Of a stretch of DNA of 64,000 nt, positions 18,301-28,121 are shown piece by piece. The position numbers and the translations under genes are program-made. The notes beneath the pieces are model-generated. The model worked only from the letters and a program-made list of their open reading frames with translations. It ran no database searches and was not told the DNA's origin. Location: the NCBI GenBank assembly GCA_902788485.1, contig CADAKI010000002.1, forward strand, positions 25,205 through 89,204. The letters are read 5' to 3'. Position 1 is the stretch's first letter. Each line of letters opens with the position of its first letter. The DNA comes from an uncultured Pseudomonadota bacterium (GTDB taxonomy: Bacteria; Pseudomonadota; Alphaproteobacteria; Rs-D84).

Positions 18301-19713
18301 ATGCTAGAATATTTACGTAATGCTGCGGAACGACCATTGGCGAAATTTTTAATTGCCATATTGGCGTTTTCGTTTATTGGATGGGGTGTTGCCGAATGGA
18401 TTTTCGGTGGCGGTATGGGCGATACAACATTGGTGCACGTTGGTGATGCGGAAATCAGTGTGAATCAATTTTCGTCCCAAAAATCTAATGTTTTAATGGG
18501 GATGTCGCGCGAACAACAACGGTCGATTTACACCGATGCGAACTCAATGAAATCTTTTAATAATTACATCTTGGGCGAATTAACCAGTCAGCAAATGGTT
18601 CAAAACCGTGCGCACGATTTGGGCTTTGTTGTGTCTGATCACCGTATTGCGCGTCAAATTCGTGATGTTCCCGCGTTCCAACAAGATGGCAAATTTTCAC
18701 CATCGCGTTTTGATGCGGCATTGGCGGCAAATGGATTGACGGAAAATCGCCTGGCGGATGTTTTACGCGCAGATATCGTGCGTTCGATGGTGTTGGGTCC
18801 GATTGGTCAAAAAATTCCTGTGCCAAATTTTGCGGTTGATGCGACATATAATGCACGGTATGCAACGCGCAATATTGAATATAAAATTGTGAATTTTGAC
18901 GATTTTAATGTTTCCAAACCATCTGATGACGCGTTGCGTGAATATTATGCGGCGCATCCAAAAACATTACCGGAAACGCGTGCGGTATCATATGTTTTTG
19001 TTCCAACTGACATGTCCAAACCTGACGAATTTGACGCCGGTATGCAACGTATGACCCGTATCGAAGATGAAATCATCGGCGGCGATACATTGGAATCTGC
19101 GGCGAAAAAGCACGGTGCAAAATTTGTAAAATTGGCGGCGTTTGCGCGTAATGGTGCGGCGAACGATGCAAACATTACACCGCAAATTATTGCACAAATA
19201 TTTGGTATGGATGCGGGCATGGATACCGAAATTATCGAGACCAAAAAAGGTTTTATGATAATTCATCTGGATACGATAAATCCGGCAAAAACGGCGGATT
19301 TTGCATCGGTAAAATCTGAATTGGTGCCACAATGGGTTCGTTCCGAAAAACGGAAATTGGCATACGAACGCGCGAACGGAATTTTGGTTGATTTGAATCA
19401 AAATAATAAAATGACGGGCGCAACACATAAAAACGTGACGCGTACCGATGGGGCGCCGATTGCGGTGTTGTCTGATGCGTTTAATAATCCGATTGGTACG
19501 AACAAAATTGTCGAGGTTTCAAACGGATTTTATGTGTTATCTGTGAAATCTGAAAACGCGCCAAAATCCGACCCGAAAAAACGTGCCGATTTGCGTCGTG
19601 AAATGGAAAATATGAACGCGTATCAAATCCAGGCAGATTACAACAAATTCTTGCAACGTAAATATCCGGTAAAGATAAACAGCAAGGTTTATAATCGTTA
19701 TATTGAAAAATAA
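18301..19713 (+). CDS. periplasmic chaperone / peptidyl-prolyl isomerase, PpiD/SurA-like, N-terminal membrane anchor
   Basis: N-terminal TM, SurA_N-like domain and a parvulin-like region; 470 aa. Confidence 0.65.
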   Translation: MLEYLRNAAERPLAKFLIAILAFSFIGWGVAEWIFGGGMGDTTLVHVGDAEISVNQFSSQKSNVLMGMSREQQRSIYTDANSMKSFNNYILGELTSQQMVQNRAHDLGFVVSDHRIARQIRDVPAFQQDGKFSPSRFDAALAANGLTENRLADVLRADIVRSMVLGPIGQKIPVPNFAVDATYNARYATRNIEYKIVNFDDFNVSKPSDDALREYYAAHPKTLPETRAVSYVFVPTDMSKPDEFDAGMQRMTRIEDEIIGGDTLESAAKKHGAKFVKLAAFARNGAANDANITPQIIAQIFGMDAGMDTEIIETKKGFMIIHLDTINPAKTADFASVKSELVPQWVRSEKRKLAYERANGILVDLNQNNKMTGATHKNVTRTDGAPIAVLSDAFNNPIGTNKIVEVSNGFYVLSVKSENAPKSDPKKRADLRREMENMNAYQIQADYNKFLQRKYPVKINSKVYNRYIEK

Positions 19714-19715
19714 AA

Positions 19716-19736
19716 AACGGCATTTGCCGTTTTTTA
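19716..19736 (+). terminator. weak rho-independent terminator after the PpiD-like gene
   Basis: AACGGC-attt-GCCGTT followed by TTTTT. Confidence 0.4.
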
Positions 19737-19796
19737 TTTATTTGATTTTGTTGTGCATAATTGCTATATTTTTTGCATTGATATAAAGGCGAAAAG

Positions 19797-20303
19797 ATGA
19801 AAACCGCAATTAAATATTTATCCATCATTTTTGGTATCATATTATTGGACCAAATTGTTAAATCATTGTTGTTGTATTTGATTACCGGGACTGTGCCGGT
19901 GTCGGGCAATGCATGGGGAATTGTTGGGTATCCATATTTAATGGCGCATATTTTTGATTGGTTTAATATTGTGTTCACTTGGAATCCGGGAACATCGTTT
20001 TCTTTGTTGCGTTCATTGGGCGAGGGTGCACCGTGGATTATCGTTGGTGCAACCGGGGTTATATGTGCGATGCTGATTTATTATACTTTTTGGCGCGCCG
20101 GGAAAAATGAACGGTTGCCATTGTGTTTTATTATTGGTGGTGCGATTGGAAACCTGATTGACCGTGTTCGTTTTGGTGCGGTGATTGATTTTATCGATTG
20201 GCATATTGGCAATATTCATTGGCCGGCGTTTAATATCGCCGATATGTTTATTGTAATTGGTGTGGCATTGTATATAATAAATCTGACATTTCGTAAAAAA
20301 TAA
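19797..20303 (+). CDS. lspA: lipoprotein signal peptidase II
   Basis: 4 TM; conserved NxGxSF/AxNI(A)D Asp motifs (NPGTSFS, FNIADMFI). Confidence 0.85.
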   Translation: MKTAIKYLSIIFGIILLDQIVKSLLLYLITGTVPVSGNAWGIVGYPYLMAHIFDWFNIVFTWNPGTSFSLLRSLGEGAPWIIVGATGVICAMLIYYTFWRAGKNERLPLCFIIGGAIGNLIDRVRFGAVIDFIDWHIGNIHWPAFNIADMFIVIGVALYIINLTFRKK

Positions 20304-20314
20304 AGGGTAAAATA

Positions 20315-21880
20315 ATGGTTGAATATTTGAATAATAATTCTGGATTTGCGGCATGGAACGCGGCACAGAATCGTGGCGCATCGCGTTCACGGTTGGGGAA
20401 TTTTTTATGGTGGACATTTTTGTTCTTGGTTGCGTGGTGGATTGTGGGATTGTTTATGGGGCCAAATACCACAACAAAAAATATTACCGAACCGGACGCA
20501 ACCGTCACGGTTGATGTATCAAATGTTCCGGTGTATGAAATCGCATCTGATGCAATTTCGGCGAATGTTCGCGGGTTGCGTGTATCAAATATAGATTTGA
20601 AAAACTTTGCAAAATCGGGTGATGATAAAACGCCGGTGCGTTTAATTGACGGTGATGGTTTTATTGAAATCGGGTTGACGCCATCTGGGACAACCGCGCC
20701 AACCGCAACGACCAAATGGCAAAACACTGGCGACAAAATGGTTTGGCGTAATGGCGACGGTGTGGAATTTACACGTGAAATTACGGTTGATGGATATTTG
20801 ATTCGCGTATCGGATACAATAAAAAATAATTCTAAACATGGATTTGCGTTTGCACCATATGTGCGTGTGTTGCGCGGTGCGGATAAAACTGATTCTGCCG
20901 GTGTATACACGGGTGCGGTGGCATATGTGAACAACGATGTTGAACATAATGCGTGGCGTGATTTGGATAAAAAATCTTATGCTTATACGACGACAAACGG
21001 TTTTGTTGGGTTTGCGGATCAATATTGGGAAACAATTGCACAAATAGACACCCCCGACCAAACCATGCGCATGAAGAAACAGGGTGAATTATATGACACA
21101 ACTACATCGGCGGCACCAATAAATGTTGCGGCGGGACAAACCCACACAATTACAACAAATGTTTTTGCCGGACCGCGTGATACAAATGTTTTAGGTGAGA
21201 TTGATACAACTATAAACGGCATATCAGAAACAATGGATTATGGGTGGTTTTGGTTCTTGGCGCGTCCGATGTTATGGTCGATAAATATGATTCATAAATT
21301 CGTAATGAATTATGGATTGGCAATCATAATCTTTACGATTTTAATTCGTATTTTGATGTGGCCATTGACACGTAAATCATATACTTCGATGATTGCGATG
21401 CAGAAAATGCAACCTGAATTGCAACGCGTGCAAAAATTATATGCGAACGACAAGGGACGCATGCAAATGGAAATGATGCGCGTATATCAATCGCACAAAA
21501 CATCCCCGATGTCGGGCTGTTTGCCAATGTTGATTCAAATTCCGATTTTCTTTGCATTGTATAAAGCATTGTTGATTTCGGTACAAATGCGTAATGCAAA
21601 CTTTTTATGGATACATGATTTGGCAACGATGGACCCTTATTTCATTTTGCCAATTTTGATGGGTGCGACAATGTGGTTGCAACAATACTTGCAACAAAAT
21701 AAAGGTGACACAAAAAATCAAAATGAATTCGCCGCCCAAACGGCCCAGGTTATGAAATGGATGCCGATATTGTTCACAATAATGTTTGCGTGGATGCCAT
21801 CGGGTTTGGTTTTGTATTGGACCGTATCAAATATATTTGGAATTGGTCAAATGTTGTGGTTAAAACATAATACAAAATAA
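20315..21880 (+). CDS. yidC: membrane protein insertase YidC
   Basis: N-terminal TM, large periplasmic domain, and a C-terminal 5-TM 60-kDa IMP core (WPLT, PxxGCLPMLIQIPIF). Confidence 0.9.
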   Translation: MVEYLNNNSGFAAWNAAQNRGASRSRLGNFLWWTFLFLVAWWIVGLFMGPNTTTKNITEPDATVTVDVSNVPVYEIASDAISANVRGLRVSNIDLKNFAKSGDDKTPVRLIDGDGFIEIGLTPSGTTAPTATTKWQNTGDKMVWRNGDGVEFTREITVDGYLIRVSDTIKNNSKHGFAFAPYVRVLRGADKTDSAGVYTGAVAYVNNDVEHNAWRDLDKKSYAYTTTNGFVGFADQYWETIAQIDTPDQTMRMKKQGELYDTTTSAAPINVAAGQTHTITTNVFAGPRDTNVLGEIDTTINGISETMDYGWFWFLARPMLWSINMIHKFVMNYGLAIIIFTILIRILMWPLTRKSYTSMIAMQKMQPELQRVQKLYANDKGRMQMEMMRVYQSHKTSPMSGCLPMLIQIPIFFALYKALLISVQMRNANFLWIHDLATMDPYFILPILMGATMWLQQYLQQNKGDTKNQNEFAAQTAQVMKWMPILFTIMFAWMPSGLVLYWTVSNIFGIGQMLWLKHNTK

Positions 21881-21895
21881 TAAAAGGAAACATAA

Positions 21896-22942
21896 ATGTT
21901 AAATGTTATAAAAAAATTACTTGGACCACGTGGTGTAAAAATTACTGCGGGTGAATTGGCAACAATGTTTAATTTAGAATTGCGTGGCGATAAAAATGCG
22001 ACGGTGTCGTCTGTTGCACCAATCGCTGATGCGCGACCTGGCCAGTTGGCATTTTATTCCACCGAACAAAACAGTGCCGCATTCAAAATTTTACCAATTG
22101 ATGTTTTGCGTAAAACACGCGCGACGATTATATTGTTGCAACCGGCGCAAATAAATGACGCACCGGCAGGGGCAACTTTGTTGGTGACGGATTCGCCGCG
22201 TGGAAATATTGTTAAAATATTGGGTGAAATTTATCGTGAAAAACCCCGCTTCGGGGTCAGTGCCGATGCCCGGGTTGAACGCGGTGTGTTTTTTCGTTCG
22301 CGTAAAACAAATTATGTTGGGCAATTTGCAACAATCGAACGTGGCGCGGTAATTGAACCGGGGGTGAAAATTTATCCCGGCGCATACATCGGTCGTAATG
22401 TCACATTGGGACGCGGCACGGTTGTGTTCAGTGGCGCACATATCGAAAACGCCACAATCGGCGCCGATTGTGTGATAAACGCAAATGCCGTGATTGGTAA
22501 AAATGGTTTCGGATACACACGCCAAGACGGTCACAATATTTTTATTCCGCATGTTGGACGCGTGGTGTTGGGTGATCGTGTGTCGGTTGGTGCAAATTCT
22601 TGCATTGACCGTGGTGCGATGACGGACACGATTGTGGGTGACGGGACCAAGATAGATAACTTGTGCCAAATTGCGCATGGTGTTGTTGTGGGACGCGAAT
22701 GCTTTTTGGCGTCGGGCGTGGGCCTGGCGGGTGGTACGGTTATCGGCGACCGCGTGTTGCTTGGTGGCCAGGTTGGCGTCGCAAACGGAATTCATATCGG
22801 CGATGATGTCGAGGTTGGCGCAAAATCCGGCGTTTTCAAAAATGTGCCGGCCGGTGCGCGTATTATGGGATATCCGGCGGGCGTGGGATTGGAATTTTTC
22901 CGCAACTATGCATGGGTGCGAAAAAACGCGACCAAGAATTAA
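21896..22942 (+). CDS. lpxD: UDP-3-O-(3-hydroxyacyl)glucosamine N-acyltransferase
   Basis: Hexapeptide-repeat left-handed beta-helix with the LpxD N-terminal domain; 348 aa. Confidence 0.9.
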   Translation: MLNVIKKLLGPRGVKITAGELATMFNLELRGDKNATVSSVAPIADARPGQLAFYSTEQNSAAFKILPIDVLRKTRATIILLQPAQINDAPAGATLLVTDSPRGNIVKILGEIYREKPRFGVSADARVERGVFFRSRKTNYVGQFATIERGAVIEPGVKIYPGAYIGRNVTLGRGTVVFSGAHIENATIGADCVINANAVIGKNGFGYTRQDGHNIFIPHVGRVVLGDRVSVGANSCIDRGAMTDTIVGDGTKIDNLCQIAHGVVVGRECFLASGVGLAGGTVIGDRVLLGGQVGVANGIHIGDDVEVGAKSGVFKNVPAGARIMGYPAGVGLEFFRNYAWVRKNATKN

Positions 22943-22948
22943 AAAAAT

Positions 22949-22973
22949 CCGGCGATAAATTCGCCGGTTTTTA
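22949..22973 (+). terminator. rho-independent terminator after lpxD (CCGGCGA-taaat-TCGCCGG + TTTTT)
   Basis: Perfect 7-bp stem plus T-run. Confidence 0.65.
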
Positions 22974-23259
22974 TATGAACCAATTCCACGGTAATAAAAG
23001 TCGCATCTCGCTTTGATTATCATAAACCGGGTCGCCGGTGGTGCCAACCTCGGGTACGGTGTTGGATGTTAAATCGGCAACCTTGGCACATCCCGAACAT
23101 AAACATAAAAGACAAAAGCATAATATGAATTTCATTATTCCACCCATATATCATATTGTATTATACTATGTTTGCGCCAAAAATTCAATGTTTGTAAATT
23201 CTTATTTGCATCACATAAAAATAAGTGTATATTTGTTGAACGGTTTTTTTTAGTACAGG

Positions 23260-23838
23260 ATGGTAATAATGAATAATTTTGCGTATATGACAAACCCAAG
23301 TGCAGTTATGATGCAAAAATATTTTAATTTTTATATGAACGAAATTTTACCATATGTTAAACAATATACAACCCAAAATCCCGATGGGTGTCATGCATTG
23401 GATAAACACACATCTGCGGTTGTTTTTCGTGGCATAGATTACGCATTGTCGTTAAAAGAAAATCCATTGCCGGTTGTATTTGCCGGGGCTTTTCATGACA
23501 TGGCGCGCACAAACGATGGATTTGATACCGAACACGGAAAATATGCGGTGCCATACGCAGAAAAAATAATGTCGCAATTTACAAATATTTTGGATGCACG
23601 TGCGCAATCAAATATCATTTATGCGATTGAAAATCATACAACGGGAACATATGCACCTGATTATGTATCAAAATGTTTGTGGGATGCGGACCGGACGCGT
23701 ATGTCATGGGAATATGGATTTAATCCAAAATTTTTCAACACGGCGCGCGCGAAATATGTCGCATCACACAATGCCGCCGATTATATAAAGTTCCAACAGA
23801 AATGTTTTCCGAATTTATTTTGGTCCCGCGAATATTAA
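23260..23838 (+). CDS. hypothetical protein, possible HD-type phosphohydrolase fold
   Basis: 192 aa with His/Asp clusters (CHALDKH, AFHDMAR). The assignment is tentative. Confidence 0.35.
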   Translation: MVIMNNFAYMTNPSAVMMQKYFNFYMNEILPYVKQYTTQNPDGCHALDKHTSAVVFRGIDYALSLKENPLPVVFAGAFHDMARTNDGFDTEHGKYAVPYAEKIMSQFTNILDARAQSNIIYAIENHTTGTYAPDYVSKCLWDADRTRMSWEYGFNPKFFNTARAKYVASHNAADYIKFQQKCFPNLFWSREY

Positions 23839-23871
23839 CTGTGTAAATACATTCAATTAGGACAAGAAATC

Positions 23872-24243
23872 TTACATCATCTGAACAACAGGAACTGTTT
23901 TTGATATTTTCATACCAGTCGTATAGCGGTATGTGCCAATTTGCCTGAAACATTTTCCCTGAGTCAACTTAATAACTTGATCGTCATAATACGTATTCTC
24001 GTTATCATTAACTAATAAAAACACAGGAGAACTAGATGTGTCTTGCATTTCCGTAAGAGCTGCATTTGGTGCAATAACTTGAAAGACTTTTAAATCAGAC
24101 TGTTCTATCAAACAATCGCCTGGTTGTTCAAATATATTCAATCCAGTAACATTACTGTTAAAATTAGCTATACAAACAGCTATAACTACGGTTAAAACAA
24201 ATCCTACAATAACCCCCAATACAAACACCCAAATCTTTTTCAT
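23872..24243 (-). CDS. N-terminally anchored hypothetical periplasmic protein
   Basis: MKKIWVFVLGVIVGFVLTVVIAVCIA signal-anchor; 123 aa. Confidence 0.4.
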   Translation of the reverse strand: MKKIWVFVLGVIVGFVLTVVIAVCIANFNSNVTGLNIFEQPGDCLIEQSDLKVFQVIAPNAALTEMQDTSSSPVFLLVNDNENTYYDDQVIKLTQGKCFRQIGTYRYTTGMKISKTVPVVQMM

Positions 24244-24328
24244 TTGTTATCCTTTTGTAAGTGTACAGTAAAAGTGTATGTTAATAAACACAGTTTTTCA
24301 ATTAAAAAGATATTAAAAAATACATTAT

Positions 24329-25348
24329 TTAAAAACTGACCTTTAATGCGGTGGATAAAAATGGTGTTTCATCTGTCAATCCGATTGATGTCCACACCTC
24401 TAAATTCTCGCTGTATTTATACCGGAAAGACGCAATTCCCGTATGGTCATAAAAATGTGGTAAATCGTGATGCCAAATGCCGGTATGTGAATACATATAC
24501 GATAACGACACAGAATAATTCAAAATATCATAACTGACACCCGCGCCCGCCGATATGCCGTCTGACGGTGTGCCAATCGGGTTTTTATCATAAATCGCAA
24601 CGGCAGATGTGCCGAAAATCCAACTGTTATATTGTAAATTAAAACCGATGGATGTTTGCGCCCGCCAATCGGCCGACACATCCGGCAAATACGATGCAGG
24701 ACTAAATCCATCCGGTTTTTCCATAAATGATGCGCCCAACGACACGGCAGATTTTAATTTCCCATTTGGAAATCTAAATTTGACACCACCGTCAACCGCG
24801 TAATCATACGCATCACCGAATGCCGCAACCGACACACCATATTGACCGACATTTGTTGGCACCGTCACCAAATTTATACGCGGTGTTCCATCCCCCGATG
24901 ACACAGACACATTTGGTATAACATTTCCACGTGGCGACATGCGTTTATAAAACAAAGGTTTGTTATTTACACGCAACCCACCAACATCCGGAATTCCAAC
25001 ACTTAATTTTCGTGCCGCAGAATCGGTCAGTCCAACCTCTAATCTACCAAGATCTTGATTTTCATATAACGCGAACGCATCGTGTGATATATCGTGTCCG
25101 GCCAATGCCTCTTCGTCCCAGGCATATACCAATCCCAATGTTTGACCGCGTGCGACGGCATAATTGTATTGTGCGCGCAAATCAAAATCGCCCAAAAATA
25201 AAGTGTCACGAAATTTTGGTTCGATGATGCCTGCGGTTCCCGACGCATTAAATTTCAACGCACTGCGCCCGTTGTTATATTGCAATGCATGCCCCGGGTT
25301 TATGAAGCACATCCCAAACACCATCGCACACAATAAATATTTTTGCAT
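24329..25348 (-). CDS. outer membrane beta-barrel protein (porin-like), translationally coupled to rpoH
   Basis: Signal peptide; alternating amphipathic strands; C-terminal ...LKVSF aromatic terminus. Its start overlaps the rpoH stop (TAATG). Confidence 0.55.
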   Translation of the reverse strand: MQKYLLCAMVFGMCFINPGHALQYNNGRSALKFNASGTAGIIEPKFRDTLFLGDFDLRAQYNYAVARGQTLGLVYAWDEEALAGHDISHDAFALYENQDLGRLEVGLTDSAARKLSVGIPDVGGLRVNNKPLFYKRMSPRGNVIPNVSVSSGDGTPRINLVTVPTNVGQYGVSVAAFGDAYDYAVDGGVKFRFPNGKLKSAVSLGASFMEKPDGFSPASYLPDVSADWRAQTSIGFNLQYNSWIFGTSAVAIYDKNPIGTPSDGISAGAGVSYDILNYSVSLSYMYSHTGIWHHDLPHFYDHTGIASFRYKYSENLEVWTSIGLTDETPFLSTALKVSF

Positions 25349-26262
25349 TATTTTCCCCCATCCGTATCATTTAAAATTGCATCGCGTAATTTTTGATACG
25401 CGCGTTCTTCGATTTGGCGCACACGTTCACGCGAAATTCCATATTTTTGCGACAAAGATTCCAATGTCTCTACCGGTTCACTCAACCGTCGTGCGCGTAA
25501 AATCTCGCGGTCGCGTTCCGGCAGTTCTGCCAAATGTTTGCGCAACAATTCATACCCACGCTTTTTAAATTCTAATTGTTCGATACTATCCTCGATACCG
25601 ATTTTATCATCAGACAAATTAGATAAAATATCATGTGCGTCCGGGTCATTATGTGCCGGCGCATTTAACGACACATCACGCGCACCAACACGCGTCGCCA
25701 TACGCGATACATCGGTTTCAGAAACATTTAAAAAATCCGCAATCTGTTTTGTTTGGTCAGAATTTAGATTGTTGTCCATAATACCCAACGCGCGTTTTGC
25801 ACGTGATAAATTAAAGAACACGCGTTTTTGATTTGCCGATGTTCCAATTTTCACAATAGACCAATTATTCAAAATTGTTTCATAAATTTCCGCCTTGATC
25901 CAAAACATCGCGTATGTTGAAAACCGAAACCCGCGTTCCGGGTCAAATTTTTGTAATGCCTGCATCAAACCCATGTTGCCCGACGCGATTAAATCCGCCA
26001 CCGGCACACCATAGTTTTTGAAATCATACGCCACCGATACAACCAGGCGCAGGTGCGATGCCACCAGTTTTTCCGCCGCCGCCGCATCGTGATTTTGTGC
26101 CCATTTAGTGGCATATTCATATTCTTGTTCGGCGGAAAGTATTGGGTATTTTTGAATACTTTGGATATATTGCGCCAAACCCGATTCATCACTGACCCCA
26201 CGGGCGGCAACAATACCGGTATTATTTACGGTCGGCAAAGTATTCTTGATTTGCTTTTTCAT
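25348..26262 (-). CDS. rpoH: RNA polymerase sigma-32 factor
   Basis: Sigma70 regions 2-4 plus RpoH box QKRVFFNLSRAKRAL; 304 aa. Confidence 0.9.
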   Translation of the reverse strand: MKKQIKNTLPTVNNTGIVAARGVSDESGLAQYIQSIQKYPILSAEQEYEYATKWAQNHDAAAAEKLVASHLRLVVSVAYDFKNYGVPVADLIASGNMGLMQALQKFDPERGFRFSTYAMFWIKAEIYETILNNWSIVKIGTSANQKRVFFNLSRAKRALGIMDNNLNSDQTKQIADFLNVSETDVSRMATRVGARDVSLNAPAHNDPDAHDILSNLSDDKIGIEDSIEQLEFKKRGYELLRKHLAELPERDREILRARRLSEPVETLESLSQKYGISRERVRQIEERAYQKLRDAILNDTDGGK

Positions 26263-26319
26263 AACTTTTATAGTATATCATAAATTATAAATTATCAAGA
26301 CATACATAGGGGAATAAAA

Positions 26320-26982
26320 ATGGCAAATATTTTACAACGCAAACAAGGTTTGAAACCGGCGACACCAAAAAAAACACGCGAAGATTACGCCCAGGATGCC
26401 CTGTATCGCGAGGTATGGGAAGATGTCAACAACGACAAAACAATCGCGTTTTTCAAAAAATATGCGCGCCAAATGATTGGTGGTGCAATCGCATTGTTGA
26501 TTATTGTGGCGGGATATCAAATTGGTGTGCGTGCATATCATGCAAAGCGCATGGCAACGGCGGTGGCGTATGAAACGGCGTTGGACGCAACCGATATCAA
26601 TGCATTGGCAAAATTGGGTGAAAATGCCGGTGGTGCAAATGCAGATTTGGCACTGTTTCAATCATATGTATTGGATAAAAATAAAGATATTACAAAATTG
26701 GAAAAATTGGCTGAACACGGGTCAACTCGTGATTTTCGCGATTTGGCGCGTTTGCATGTTGTGGCGGCGCGTGGGGATGAAATGTCGGCACGGGACGTTG
26801 AAAAATATTTATCTGATTTAGATACAAAATCTTCGCCGTTTTATTATACCGCCATGTTGACAATTGCACAAAAATATTTGGCGTCTGGTGATATGGATGC
26901 GGCAAATAAATGGTTGGATAAATTGGCATCTGACCCGGATTGCCCGGCGGAAATTTCTGGGGTTGTGCAAACATTACGGTAA
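26320..26982 (+). CDS. YfgM-like membrane-anchored TPR-like protein (UPF0070)
   Basis: N-terminal TM then a helical repeat domain. Synteny with bamB downstream matches the yfgM-bamB order of other proteobacteria. Confidence 0.45.
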   Translation: MANILQRKQGLKPATPKKTREDYAQDALYREVWEDVNNDKTIAFFKKYARQMIGGAIALLIIVAGYQIGVRAYHAKRMATAVAYETALDATDINALAKLGENAGGANADLALFQSYVLDKNKDITKLEKLAEHGSTRDFRDLARLHVVAARGDEMSARDVEKYLSDLDTKSSPFYYTAMLTIAQKYLASGDMDAANKWLDKLASDPDCPAEISGVVQTLR

Positions 26983-27000
26983 AAAAATTGGGGGGATTTT

Positions 27001-27735
27001 ATGCGTAAATATGCGTTTATAATTTTGTGTTTGATGTTGGTATCGGCATGTGATAAACACGACCCGATTTTACCTGGGGTTCGTACAGAAATATTTAATA
27101 CATCAACCATGAAAATATTAAATGTGCCGGTTGAAAATTTACCTGATGCGGTATCTCCGCGCGATGCAATTGATTGCAAATACACAATCGATGCGAATAA
27201 CATTGTGCGTGATGATGCCGGACATAAAATTTTTGTTGGTTTTCCATCCCCAAATTCGGTTGATATTGAAACCAAACCATTATGCAATGGTGGATATGTT
27301 TACGCCGGATTAAATACCGGTAATGTTGTAAAAATTGCGCCGAAAAATCGCAATATCGTATGGATGACGGATGTGTTTGCAGAAAACAATATGACGGGCG
27401 GGGCGACAACGGTTGATATTGTTGCACCATTGGTGATTGATGGTGCGTATGTTTTTGCCGCTGGTATGGGTGACGCATTTTGTAAAATAAATGTGTCCAA
27501 TGGTAATAAAAAGTGGTGTACCCAAATTGGGACGCGTTTTCCATTTGTTGTTTTACCAAATGTTGCATATATAATGGGCATGGATGATATTTTATATGCG
27601 GTGCGGACATCGGACGGTGCAATATATTGGCATACTGATGTAATAAATAAACCGGGTGCGCCAACATACGAAAACAAAATTATTCATGTTGGAAAAAAAC
27701 AATTTAATGCCACAACGGGCGAAGAAATTAAATAA
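27001..27735 (+). CDS. bamB: BamB-like PQQ-repeat lipoprotein (reduced, 244 aa)
   Basis: Lipobox LVSAC and PQQ-like beta-propeller repeats (GYVYAGLNTGNVVKI, DGAYVFAAG, DDILYAVRTSDGAIYW). It is only about 60% of canonical BamB length. Confidence 0.5.
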   Translation: MRKYAFIILCLMLVSACDKHDPILPGVRTEIFNTSTMKILNVPVENLPDAVSPRDAIDCKYTIDANNIVRDDAGHKIFVGFPSPNSVDIETKPLCNGGYVYAGLNTGNVVKIAPKNRNIVWMTDVFAENNMTGGATTVDIVAPLVIDGAYVFAAGMGDAFCKINVSNGNKKWCTQIGTRFPFVVLPNVAYIMGMDDILYAVRTSDGAIYWHTDVINKPGAPTYENKIIHVGKKQFNATTGEEIK

Positions 27736-28121
27736 AAAAATCTGACATTTTTGTCAGATTTTTTTAAATATCGAAATAAAGCGTCTGGCGTTTGAATCCA
27801 AAATTTTTTAATTCCTAATGTGTGTTTTGCATAGTTTACACATGTCCACGCATTCGGGTTAAAATGCATATCCGGTGGTGATTTCAAATAAATAAAATAC
27901 CATCCATACCGCGCCAGTTGCGAAATTCCACGCATTGTTATTGCAATGTGTGCAACATTACCGCGCCTAACAAATTGGTGTATTATAAAATTATTTTTAC
28001 TTGGCACGATAATTGCACAGTGCTTGAACTTGCCACAAAATATTCGTGCCAAAATCATATTCGTTTTACACGAAAAACCAACGATAATCATTGAATAAAT
28101 CCTTTTAATCAATCCATCCAT
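27684..28121 (-). CDS. YiiX/YaeF-like (DUF830) permuted papain-fold hydrolase, probable lipoprotein
   Basis: FKHCAIIV resembles the YSHVGIVV His motif, and TCVNYAKHTLG resembles the YCSELVWLAYQHAG Cys motif of E. coli YiiX. The His-then-Cys order is typical of the permuted NlpC/P60 clade. N-terminus MDGLIKRIYSMIIVGFSC is lipoprotein-like. Overlaps bamB's 3' end convergently by 52 nt. Confidence 0.4.
   Translation of the reverse strand: MDGLIKRIYSMIIVGFSCKTNMILARIFCGKFKHCAIIVPSKNNFIIHQFVRRGNVAHIAITMRGISQLARYGWYFIYLKSPPDMHFNPNAWTCVNYAKHTLGIKKFWIQTPDALFRYLKKSDKNVRFFYLISSPVVALNCFFPT
27740..27766. terminator. bidirectional rho-independent terminator (ATCTGACA-tttt-TGTCAGAT flanked by A7/T7)
   Basis: Perfect 8-bp stem with T-runs on both strands. 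Confidence 0.55.

Noticed and set aside
23038-23253. 71-aa ORF in the lpxD downstream intergenic region
   Set aside because: No RBS, no hydrophobic or structured pattern, lies in an AT-rich spacer after a terminator. It is more likely non-coding.
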